From contig OX597820.1 in NCBI GenBank assembly GCA_951406725.2, positions 55,552,001 to 55,616,000 on the forward strand: a stretch of 64,000 nucleotides of DNA. Direction: 5' to 3'. Below, one piece after another: positions 42,690 to 54,824 of the stretch; position 1 is the first letter of the stretch, and every line of letters starts with the position of its first letter. Origin of the DNA: Octopus vulgaris. Taxonomy: Eukaryota. The notes under the pieces are model-generated. The model saw nothing but the letters and a program-made list of their open reading frames with translations. It was not told the origin of the DNA and made no database searches. The position numbers were made by a program, and so were the translations under genes.

Positions 42690-43500
42690 TACTCGACAGA
42701 GTGTTAGTACCTTGAGAGAAATGTTGGACCTAAGAAGCATCAGTTGTGGTGTGCAAGAGAGACGATTGCGCTGGTATGGTCATGTGGCGAGAATGGATGA
42801 AGATAGGTGTGTGAAAAAGTGCCAATCCCTAGCAGTTGAGGGAACCCGTGGAAGAGGTAGACCCAGGAAAACCTGGGACGAGGTGGTGAAGCACGACCTT
42901 CAAACTTTAGGCCTCACTGAGGAAATGACCAGCGACCGAAACCTTTGGAAATATGCTGTGCGTGAGAAGACCAGGCAGGACAAGTGAGTCCAGCCCACTT
43001 ATGCATGCCTTTCCTCCCTTGGACACACAAAGACCTGTTGAGGCAAGCGAAGTCGATATCGAACCTCATCCGATGACAGGCACCCATGCTTGCGAAGACC
43101 TGTTGGGGCAAGTGAAATCGAAATCGGAATCGAAATTGAACCAATCCTATGACTGGCACTCGGCAGATGCCAGGACCCCTGGACTGGTGGTACGTAAAAA
43201 GCACCATCCGAATCGTGGCCGATGCCAGTGCCGCCTCGACTGGCTTCTGTGCCGGTGGCACGTAAAATGCACCAATCTGACCGTGGCCATTGCCAACCTC
43301 ACCTGGCACCTGTGCAGGTGGCACGTAAAAAGCACCCACTACACTCACGGAGTGGTTGGTGTTAGGAAGGGCATCCAGCTGTAGAAACATTGCCAGATAA
43401 GACTGGAGCCTGGTGCAGCCTTCTGGCTTCCCAGATCCCCGGTCGAACCGTCCAACCCATGCTAGCATGGAGAACGGACGTTAAATGATGATGACGATGA

Positions 43501-43501
<1 letters not shown>
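42690..43501 (+). mobile_element. Young 5'-truncated RTE LINE: ORF C-terminus, 3' UTR, (GAT)n tail
   Basis: VQERRLRWYGHVARM...GRGRPRKTWDEVVKHDL...* runs directly into the ubiquitous 3' UTR family, which identifies that family as RTE. Confidence 0.9.
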
Positions 43502-43533
<32 letters not shown>

Positions 43534-44599
43534 GTGTGTGTGTGAGTGTTTATTTAAAATGGACATCAGAAAAGAGTCCACTTGTCATTAATTGTTGTTA
43601 ACTTACCTCCTCTCTCCTTAAAGCTACGCATTCATCACACACACACACGTGTGTGTGTGTGTGTGTATTTATGAAAGTATGTATGCAACATAGCATGTAT
43701 ATCCCTGAAGTCAATTTCAAGCATTATTCTCCTCTTTTTGACCTCACAACTCAACTTTTTTTCTATTGAACCAAATTTCAAATTTTGTAGCTCAAAATGT
43801 AGCTTAGGAGGCGATCAATCTAAAAATGTATAAACATCAAATTTGGTAAAAAACTGAATTAGTGACAAGCCTAGAGATGGTCACAAGTGAGTTAATGTTG
43901 ATCTTAAGAATATTATTCACACCACATTCTATTACAATATATATTTATTACAATATAGTGTATTCTATGAAAATGAGGCAGATCTTTGCAAAATACCTAA
44001 ATAGTGAATAGAATCAAACAGTTTTCAATATTGATTGCCAATTTTGGCAGAAGGCCATCAAATCCAGAGGGGAGGGAAGTTGATTATATCGACCTCAGCA
44101 CTCAGCTGATACTCATTTTATTGAGTACCGAAAAGATAAAAGGCAAAGACAACCTTGGTGGAATTTGAACTCAGAATGTAGAGATAAATGAAATGCCGTG
44201 AAGCTTTCATCCTGCCTGTTAATGACTCTGCCAGCTCATTGTCTGAGCATTGTAATGAGTAATAATATAACTTGAAAACTGTTTTATGCTCTTATGGCAC
44301 ATTTAGCTTACATAATAACTTTTTCCTTTTGAATATTTTTTGAAAAGATTAGCACCACGACACTTGTCTTGCTGAGTTCTATCATATGAGCTAAACAAAA
44401 ACAAAATATTCAGGTTTTGAATTTACTTCTAGGTGTTACCACTGTTTCCGGTAGTAGTTTATTATTTTAAAATTTTGTTTTGATATAATTAGCATCATGG
44501 GATCCCTGTAGTCGAGAAGCGGTCGCAAGTGAGTAAATGTTGACCTTAAGAATATTATTCACATACTACCGTGTGTGAATGATACACACACACACACAC

Positions 44600-44977
44600 A
44601 TATATGTGTGTATGCACGACAGGCTTCTTTCAGTTTCTATCAACCAAACACATTCACAAGGTTTTTGTTGGCCCAAGGCTATTATAGAAGACGCTTGTTC
44701 AAGGTGCCACGCAGTATGACTCAACCTGGAACCATGTGGTTGAGAAGCAATGTAATTCACATCTACACACAACTACAAAACAATGTTTCAGCTAAGCACT
44801 GTTCTTTTATGAATTGAAAATATAGAACAAACACAAGACTGAAAGTAAAGCGGGAACGTACAACTCGTTTTTCGACATGTGGATTGATGAGAGATAAACA
44901 AAAGTAAATAAAATGGAAATATATTGCAAGGGAGTGGCAGGAAAACGTGTTTAGACACGTGGATTAATGAAAGGTAA
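44600..44977. repeat. Inverted duplication, innermost left block (pairs with 46557-46915)
   Basis: Identical peptide YLSLIHVSKHVFLPLPCNIFPFYLLLFISHQSTCRKTSC in ORFs 44788(-) and 46549(+). Confidence 0.95.
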
Positions 44978-44984
44978 ACAGAAG

Positions 44985-45188
44985 TAAACGATACTACCCT
45001 CCTGAATCCCAGTTCAAAAGGGATATCCCCTAACTGTTCCAACTGTTGCAGCAGTGGCTCAAGAGCCAGCACATACAGAAGAGGTGACAGTGGGTAGCCC
45101 TGATGGACCAAACGTGCAATGTGAAATGATTCCAATAGGTAGCTGTTTACTTTGACCACCAAGCAGGTGCCACTGTGCATTGCAGCAA
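44985..45188 (-). pseudogene. L1/Tx1-like RT fragment
   Basis: VKVNSYLLESFHI.R.VHQGYPLSPLLYVLALEPLL resembles the L1-type QGCPLSPLL...LEPL motif. Confidence 0.75.
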
Positions 45189-45191
45189 ATG

Positions 45192-45238
<47 letters not shown>

Positions 45239-45277
45239 CCTTTCTACTATAGGTACAAGACCTGGATTTTTGTGGGG

Positions 45278-45414
45278 AGTTCAGTACAGCTCCAGAAAAC
45301 AGTGTTCTTAGGGACAGCTAGGATACTTAGAAGGGTTTTTGGCATGTAAGGTTACTTGTTGTTGACCGATGTTAGAAATTTTTTTTTCCAACAGTCTAAT
45401 CTGTTGTGTGTATA

Positions 45415-45458
<44 letters not shown>
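45278..45458 (+). mobile_element. 3' tip of an R4/Dong-like LINE with (AAT)n tail
   Basis: LQKTVFLGTARILRRVFGM* followed by a short UTR and (AAT)n. Confidence 0.65.
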
Positions 45459-45459
<1 letters not shown>

Positions 45460-46001
45460 GCCCTGATGCAGTACCAGGCAATGGCTCTCATGGCTTCTGA
45501 TCTTAACTAATTGGAAGTGTTATCATCTACATTGTTTTGTCTTGGTATAAAAGATGGGCTACAGCAAATATTCTGCTCAATACCACAGATTTACTTGTTA
45601 GTTGTTTGACTTTAACCAGTTGAGCACGTCCCTTAGTGGCTGATGATATGTGCATCTCTGATCATGAGCAGAAGTAGTGGTGAAGCATCATAGCCGTGTG
45701 TTGAGAGGGATTCTTGGAGGTTTGGATAATATGGGTGGTTAGTTCAACATCCTTAAACAATCTTTATTCAGGGACCTTTTGAGCGGGATGGGCTACTCGA
45801 CCAGAAGAAAATTCTAACTGGGCCCCACCTGCAAGGTCATGCACTGTTTATCTTGATATGAGATCACCATGTCGCACACATTTGGTTGTGATGCATGTGC
45901 CTGGTGTACCCTTATCAGACGGGTAGTCATGATGGGTATACTGGGCTTCATATATATTTTACCCCAGTGTCACTTTGATGGCATGCACTGCTCTCTCACT
46001 C
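45459..46001. mobile_element. Non-coding dispersed repeat embedded in (AAT)n
   Basis: Flanked by AAT arrays on both sides. An inverted partial copy lies at ~33575-33870 next to (ATT)n. Confidence 0.6.
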
Positions 46002-46035
<34 letters not shown>

Positions 46036-47989
46036 CCAATCCTTTCTACTATAGGCACAAGGCCTGAAATTTTTTGGGAGGAGTAAGCCAAGTACATTGA
46101 CCCCAGTGCTTCAATGGTACTTAATCTATTGACACCAAAAGGATGAAATGGAAAGTTGACCTCAACAGGTAAAATACAGCTAGGCATTTTGCCCAGTGTG
46201 AGAACGATTCTGCCGGCTCACCGCCTTAATAATAATAATAATAATAATAATGATGATGATGATGATGATGATAATAATACCCTTAGAGAGTATGTAGTAT
46301 ATATATACTACATATACTACATAATCTCAGTTAACCAAAGTTGTTCAACACATAGTTACAAACGTGAGATCCTAAGTGTATTTGGTAAGGAAAACACTCC
46401 TCCAAAATATATTCTTCCTCAGTCCTATCGTTAACCAGTTAATTATTCAGCAATGAACTCCTACAATTCTCACAGAGGGGAGTGAATCTAAGGAACCACT
46501 TATTTTTCATTCGTATCATGATTTTTCTTTGTTTACCTCCTTGCATTTATGTTTGCTTACCTTTCATTAATCCACGTGTCTAAACACGTTTTTCTGCCAC
46601 TCCCTTGCAATATATTTCCATTTTATTTACTTTTGTTTATCTCTCATCAATCCACATGTCGAAAAACGAGTTGTAGATTCCCGCTTTACTTTCGGTCTTG
46701 TGTTCGTCCTATATATTTTCAATTCATAAGAGAAAAGCGCTTAGCTGAAATATTGTTTTGTAGTTGTGTGTAGATGGGAATTATATTGCTTCTCAACCAC
46801 ATGGTTCCAGGTTGAGTCCCACTGCATAGCACCTTGGGCAAGTGTCTTTTACAATAACCTCAGGCCTACAAAATCCTTGTGAACGGATCTGGTAGACAGA
46901 AACTGAAAGAAGTCCATCATATATATATATATCATCATCGTCATCATCATTGTTAAACGTCCGTTTTCCATGCTTGCATGGGTTGGACGGTTCGACCGGG
47001 GTCTGCGAAAACAGGAGGCTGCATCAGGCTCCAGTCTATTTATATATATATGTGGTTTTATCTCTAATTTAATATATATATTTATACTGTAAAATTGGAT
47101 TTAATCCTAAATCTAATTTTTCCCTGTAAGTTTGGAATTACTCCCTAATATTATTATTATTATTTTATATATATATATATGTATACGTGAGTTGTCTAAG
47201 AGACCATAAGCCAGGGTAAAGATGGACTCGTATATCTGTTAATAGAGTAAGTATATCATCCGAAATATATAGAATTATATATCCATCATGGCTGATCTTA
47301 CCAATCGGTTTCATGCAAAGAATACAATGGAGTGTAAGATAACAATCTGATTATATAACCTTACGCTCATATAATTTCAGATAATATATGTGTGTGGGGG
47401 GGGAGTATCTATGTGTGTCTTTGTGTCTATGTTTGTCCACCATCCTCACCGTTTGGCAACAAGTGTTGGTGTGTTTACATCCCATAACTTAGCAGCATGG
47501 TAGAATAAGTACCATGGTTAAAAAAGTAAGTACTGGGGCTGATTCATCCAATTAAAATTCTTCAAGGTAAGTGCCCCAATATGGCTGCAGTCTAATGACT
47601 GAAACAAGTAAAAGATAAAAGATAGAAACATAGAAACAGACCTGGTGCACCAACCATTTTCATGGTTTGCGTTCAATTCCCACAGCCGAGCTACCATACT
47701 GAAATGACTTGTTGCCCTGTTGAACCAAATTTCCTTCCTAGTGCAGGTAACACAATCAAGGGCATAGTAAACAGTAAGTACATGGGAGTAGCTAAAGTTA
47801 TAGGGCTTTGTTTTGAACCCTTATGAAGTAGATGACATTAAAGTCTTAATTTAGTATTATATAGTTAATGGCCCAGGACTTTAACATCATAGCCAATATG
47901 CTTACTGTAAAGAACCATATTTTCAGAAACATCTTCCTCATGCTGATTATCATTATCATCATCATCACCATCACCATCATCATCTTTCT

Positions 47990-48221
47990 TATTTCTTTTA
48001 CTGCCCACAAGTGGCTAAACACAGAGGGGACAAACAAGGACAGACAAACGGATTAAGTTGATTATATCGACCCCAGTGTGCAACTGGTACTTACTTAATT
48101 GACCCCGAAAGGATGAAAGGCAAAGTCGACATCGGTGGAATTTGAACTCAGAATGTAGTGGCAGACGAAATGCCACTAAGTATTTCGCCTGGCGTGCTAA
48201 CGTTTCTGCCAGCTCGCCGCC
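47990..48221 (-). mobile_element. tRNA-derived SINE (family of 2808-3224)
   Basis: Near-identical to 2992-3224. Confidence 0.8.
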
Positions 48222-48560
48222 ATCATCATCATCATCATCATCATCATTCGTCATTTGACAAGTCCCTTGGGGGCTGTTGGAGTGCTGCAGCAATATAACG
48301 TATCTAGGGCAAGAAAGCCTAGCAGAGTCCACCCCTCTCAAGGCTATCTTCATTTAAAACCCATTTTCCATGCAGGTATGAGTCAAATGGTTTGATAGGA
48401 GCTGGCAAAGCCAGGAGCCGCACCAGGTTCCACTATTTGCTTTGGCATGGTTTCCACAGCTTAATGCCTTTTCTATAACTAACCACAGAGGACCTGATCA
48501 GAATGCCTGTATCAGAATAGACTCTGCTAAAGGTATTCAAGAACCATGTGATGCCATTAA

Positions 48561-49235
48561 CCCTTTAGCATTCAGTTTACTCAGACACATGTAATGCTTG
48601 TTAATTCAAATTGCTTTGAATTAATCATGCATTAGCTCATAGCCTTCAGATTTCAATGATATACTCTTTTACTTGTTTCAGTCATTTCACTGCAGCCATG
48701 CTGGAGCAATGCCTTTAGTCGAGCAAATCGATTCTAGGACTTAATTATTCTTTGGAAGTCTAGTATTTATTCTATTGGTCTCTTTTGCTGAACCGCTAAG
48801 TTATGGGGACGTAAACACACCACTATCAGTTGTCAAGTGATGTTGGGGGTACACATAATCATATATATAAACACACATGCATATATGTGTATATATATAT
48901 ATATATACATACATATATATATATACATATATATGACAGGCTTCTTTCAGTTTCCGTCTACCAAATCCACTCACAAGGCTTTGGTCGGCCCGAGGCTATA
49001 GTAGAAGACACTTGCCCAAGATGCCATGCAGTGGGACTGAACCCAGAACCATGTGGTTCGTAAGCAAGCTACTTACCACACAGCCACTCCTACGCCTATG
49101 ATTATTTACTTTAGAATGATATTTTACTTTTAGAATGACATTTTAGAGTAGTTGTGTGAGGCCTGATCTGGTCACTTTCAACACAAAACAGGTAGAGTAT
49201 TTAGGTTGAATATGGCTGGTTTGAATGCTAAAGAG
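48561..49235. mobile_element. piggyBac-type MITE with nested SINE (48663-49098)
   Basis: TTAA-ccctttagcattca...tgaatgctaaagag-TTAA. Another copy at 58437-58619. Confidence 0.85.
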
Positions 49236-50362
49236 TTAAACTGGGTGAGAGTTCAAATCTACCAACTGACAATGGGAACGATCCATATGATAGGCTTCGA
49301 AACAGTTACAGTCTTTCAAATTCTACATTCAGGTGTTTGGTCACCCCAATACAATAACAGAAGATATTTGTCTAAGGTGGCACCTAAAGGGATTGAACCA
49401 GAAACCACATAGCTGCAAAGTGAACCACTTAACAACACAGCAACACCTAGGCCATTATAGAAACCTCAAATGAACCATGGTGGTATAATTCTATATTTTT
49501 TTTTTCGTTTTTAAGATACCATATTTTTCCTTCTTACAAGCATAAAAGCATGACAAACACGTGACATGAAAGTTATCAAAATTCATTATTTCCCATTTTC
49601 GGTTGATTTCACAAAAAAGCACTGGAAAAAAACAAAATTTTCTCAGTCACACCCGCCTTTATAAAAGAGAGGGTGTAGTCAGCATTGTTTATGCGTGTTT
49701 TTCTTTCTTCTCTTTCTCTTTCTCATATAATGTGTAAGTATATTTTTATTTCTGACTTGTTTGATGACTGTCTTCAAATATGATAGTGTGTGTGTGTGTG
49801 TGTGTGTTTGTGCATATGGAACGTGAGAGTTCTTTCTGTCTTGTCATTTTTCTAAGCAAGTATGTATGCTTATGTATGTGTGTGGAAGTGTGTGTGTGCG
49901 TCCCCTCAGGTTTAGGCGGGTGAAAGACAATAGAAGTAGAAAAGTAGTAGACACAAAATAAAAGTACAATTCAGTAGCAACTGGTTGACTTAGTCTCACA
50001 TATAGGTTTATGCTGGGAAAATACATGAACCAATGGAGACCACAGAAATATTTTTGAATGTACAAAGACTTTTCTAAACTCTTCTCCAAGTCTTTTCATC
50101 ACACTAATAAATATTAGTTTTATATTGATTGCTGATTTAACAAAAAAAATCTCAGCTTTTCTCATCATAAATATATATAGATAACAAAATCACACACGTA
50201 CATAAACACACATGTACACACATACAAATAGAATGAAGACACACATGCACACATACTATTTTACCACAAATTATGTCATAACTTGCTGAAGACCCAGTTC
50301 ACCCACATAAAATACTTATTTATCTCTACTATGATACTGAATACTAATTTTTCCAACATCTA

Positions 50363-50855
50363 CAGTGATCCCTCGCTACTTTGCGGTTCAACTATTGCGG
50401 ATTCACAACTTCGCGGATTTTAAAAATATATATGAACACCTAAAATTTTTTATTAAATCCATTAAAATATTAATAATAAATATTATTTCCTAGTCTAGGA
50501 ACGACGAAACAAGCTTAAAATAGCAAAAAAGCATATACAGGGATATTTGAACTTAACACGGGCTGTGATTGGTGCAATGGAGAGAGATGACGAATCTCAG
50601 CTTTCTGTTTTGTAATCTGGCCAGTGTAACAGTAACAATCTTTATTTTTTAAAATCTAAAGTATTATTGCTTAACAGTTGTCCTTGTTATTAATAGACTA
50701 CTGTAATAGGTGGGTTGTTAACAGTACAGGGAGGGTTTTAAAAGTCCAAATACATGTTAAATAAAAACTGTAAATATGGTGTCCCCACTTCGTGGAAATT
50801 CAGTTATTGTGGCCAGTCTCGGAACCAATCTACCACGATAAACGAGGGATCACTG
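50363..50855. mobile_element. pogo/Tigger-type MITE
   Basis: TA-cagtgatccctcg...cgagggatcactg-TA. Confidence 0.88.
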
Positions 50856-51477
50856 TAAACTAAACAGATGTGTACATGTGTGTATATATATCTTCTCTTA
50901 TTTGTTTCAGTCACCGCTTTAAAGGGTGTTAGCCGAAGAAATTGACCCCAGGACATATTCTTTGTAAGCTTAGTATTTATTCTATCGGTCTCTCTTGCTG
51001 AACTGCTAAGTTACGGGGACATAAACACACCCATATCAGCTGTTAAGTGATGGTAGGGCAAGCACAAACTCAAACCTGAATATATATATATGATGAACTT
51101 CTTCCAGTTTCTGTCAACCAAATCCACTCACAAGGCTTTGGTCGGCCCAAGGCTATAGGAGAAGATACTTGCCCAAGGTGCCAAGCAGGTGGGACTGGAC
51201 CTGAAACCATGTAGTTGGGAAGCAAGCTTCTTACCACACAGCCACAGAATAATAAAAAGAAAGTTCTTGATACAGTATTATATTTATTTGAAATAATGAG
51301 TAGAGATGATTTTTTGTGGGGGATAATTTTTATTTTAACGTTATTAATAATAATGTTTACAGTGAGTTACTCTGATATGAGCTTTGAGCTTTAAGTAGCT
51401 ATTTTCAAACTGAAAAATGTGTTTTACTAGTTGCTTGAATAGTGAAAGATATTTTTCTTACAAGTATACATGAAGAA

Positions 51478-51532
<55 letters not shown>

Positions 51533-51844
51533 TCATCATCATCATCATCGTTTAACATCCGTTTTCCGCGCTAGCATGACACATACACAAAATGGGGGTG
51601 AAATATATATATATAAAAATACAAAAGCGTGTTTGTGGTGGGGAAGAAGAAGCACAACAACAAACAAACACACATACATACATACACGCACATATATTTA
51701 TACATACATACATTTTTCCGTTTGAAAATGGCTATTTGAAGCTTGAAAAGCATATCAGAGTAACTCACTGAAAACATTATTATTAAGATTAAAATAAAAA
51801 TTATCCACCACTCTCCAAAAAGCCATCACTACTCATTTTTTCAA

Positions 51845-51901
<57 letters not shown>

Positions 51902-53889
51902 TACACACACACACACACATATATGTTGTGAAATATATTGAGTTTTAAACAAGTGCTTACTTGTCATACCTTCTAAAAGCACATAAAAAAGAATTTACAT
52001 AAAAATTCAGATATATATATATCTCAAAAGAGACCGATTGAAGACTACTGGTCAAATGACCTTACCTAAATTAACTCTCCCACTCCCTTATCTTTTTATT
52101 CCTTTTATTCTTTTCTATTTTCTTTTTTATATTCTTAATTTCTCTCCACATTTATATTCTCCACTCTTACTGTGCTCTCTACATATTTTGATCGAATCTT
52201 CTGCCTGTTAACAAGTACCTCCTTGCAACCATGTATACTTTCATTTAATCAAGACACCCTTGGCCTGACAAGCAGCCTGCGGTATACATCTTGCTTGAAT
52301 ATTTACCACTTCTGAGGTTCCACTTGCTATGAAACATATGTAACTCGGATCTTATCAACTGCATTTCCTTAACTCTTGCATTCTTATTTGCATACCCAGC
52401 AACCCTAGTTGCCTACTGGGAATTATAAAAAGAATTTTTTTCAGCTTATTGTACTTCAATATGAAAAAATCACAACCTTCCGCCTCAATAAATCACTATT
52501 ATTCCTAAAAGTTGTTTTTCATATCTACTATGGATTGCTTGAAGCTAACTTTCTTCCTACACCTTGATCCTGGGATCTTACATTTATATATATACTAGAC
52601 TACTGATGACCTGTTGGGTCACCAGGAAAGTCTGAGTTTTGTTTTGTGGGTCCTTTTTTCTTTTCCAGGTTATTTTGCATGCTTAGAACGAATGTGACAT
52701 AGAAATCACACATCAGTGGCTCCTTTACCCAGAAAAGGAAAGATTTGGCTGCTATTTCTTGCACACTTTGCTACTACATAATGGGTATTTCAAGTCCTTT
52801 ATCGCAAATAGCGGTTACGTGGTAACAGGGCATGCTAGAAATAGCAACCAAATCTTTCAAAATGAGATACATTGAATGTACTAAAAAAAAACCTATGGAA
52901 AAAAATTTCACACCAAGGTTACGAAAATTTTCGTAACGGTATTCATTTGAAAATAAATTTAAAAGATATTAAAATATTGTCAGTTGAAAGAAAGCTAAAA
53001 TATAAAAACTTTTTGTACAAACAACTTACAGTTTTGAAATCACATTTACTTAAAAATATTTCTCAATGATTAAAATATTGTGCTTAACAAAAGTGAAAAT
53101 AGAAACTGTAAAAAATTTGTATTGTTTCGTTGTCAAGTCAGTCTAACTGAAAGATAAGAATCACTTCCTTTTTAGGATTAAGTTAATTTCAGAGACTTTT
53201 CCCTTTATGCACAGTTTTGGGTATTTATACCCTGAAAACCCTTAATATTTTTACAACCACTTATCTGATTTATGTGAAATTTGTTTCATTCCATTTGTAT
53301 TTACATTTTAGGGGAACTTAATTCATAGTATTTTCCCATTATGTGCCAATTTGGCTGAGTAACATTGCAAGTTTAGTCATTCGACTGTGACCATGCTGGA
53401 GCACTGCCTTTTAGTCAAAGAAACCAACCCCTGGACTTATTCTTTGTAAGCCTCATGCTTATTATATCAGTCCCTTCTGATATAATGGCCACAGTTGAAT
53501 GACTGCTACAGTCATTTAACTGCAGCCATGCTGGAGCACTGCCTTTAGTCGAACAAATCCACACCAGGACTTATTTTTTGTAAGCCTAGTACTTATTCCA
53601 TCATTCTCTTTTGCTGAACTGTTAAGTTACAGGGACGTAAACAGACCAACATGAGTTGTCAAGCAATGGTTGGGGGCGGGGACAAACACAGACAGACAAA
53701 TACATACACATATAACAGGCTTCTTTCAGTTTCCATCTACGAAAACCACTCACAAGGCTTCAGTCGGCCCAAGGCTATAGTAGAAGACACTTGCCCAAGG
53801 TCCCAGGCAGTGCGACTGAACCCAGAACCATGTGGTTGGGAAGCAAGCTTCTTACCACACAGCAACTCCTGTGCCTATATATATATATA

Positions 53890-54122
53890 TAACATGTGAT
53901 CTCTTAAGCACCACCAGCTCAAATATTTTCTCCTCTGTCTTCCCTCTTTGGGATCTTTCCTTCTCCTTGTTTCCAACGAAGAGCTCCGCTCGAAACGTTA
54001 AACCCTCCTTCCCTTCTTTCCTGAGCGTCAATAATACTTTAATTGTTCCACGTCCTGCGTTGCTGTGTTTTTTTCTCCTTTTTTTCTCTTTTTTTCTGTG
54101 TTTTCTTGTTTGGATTAACTAT
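53890..54122 (+). mobile_element. Penelope-like terminal repeat remnant in (TA)n; relative at 59625-59806
   Basis: Shared ...gaagagc-loop-gctcgaaa(c/t)gttaaa...cctgagcgt...taatac layout with a hammerhead-like core. Confidence 0.5.
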
Positions 54123-54824
54123 ATATATATGCATGTATTTCTGTGTATGCTTGTGTAAGAAAATACAATTATGTGTAAGTATTTATGTGGGGGGATGTGC
54201 ATATATATATAAATGTAAATAGCTATACTGGTATATGTACAGATTTATATCTTGGTCATATATATATATATGAGAGAATGAATACATACTTCTACATACA
54301 TACATACATACATATATATATGTCTTATATTCCTGCCCACCACTACAAACTCAATACCACTATAAAATGGTCAAAACTTTTCACACAGGAACTTAGTTTG
54401 ACTTGAAAACCCCACTAGAATGGGAGAAAGTGCTAATACATGATCTAAGTTATATGATGTATAAAAAATGTAATATACAAATAAATATCTGTAAATATAA
54501 ACCATCCAATTTTCTGAGTACCTCATTTCTTCTAATATATATATATATAATACATTTAGGGTGTCTATATGCTTAAATACAGGTATGTATATGCATATAT
54601 GCACTATTGCTACTCCTATCCCCCTCTGCTTTCAGGTGCTTTTTTCTGAAGGTTTGGCAAGACTGAAAGAAAATGTAATTCATTGAGTAAGAATTACCTG
54701 TTTCACAGGACATGTGCAAGGACTCACTTCCTGTTGGCAGACATTCACAAATATATTCCTCTTCTTTATAGACTTAAAACAATAATACTCCAATTACTTG
54801 TTTCACTCTTCTGAAGTTCATATC

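Noticed and set aside
52738-52858. 22 bp inverted repeat gaaagatttggctgctatttct / agaaatagcaaccaaatctttc
   Set aside because: The motif recurs as an old dispersed repeat fragment (~18010, ~57385), and the loop is too long for a miRNA.
54657-54668. 12 bp match (gcaagactgaaa) suggesting the palindrome extends past 53372
   Set aside because: Flanking similarity could not be extended by eye; may be chance.
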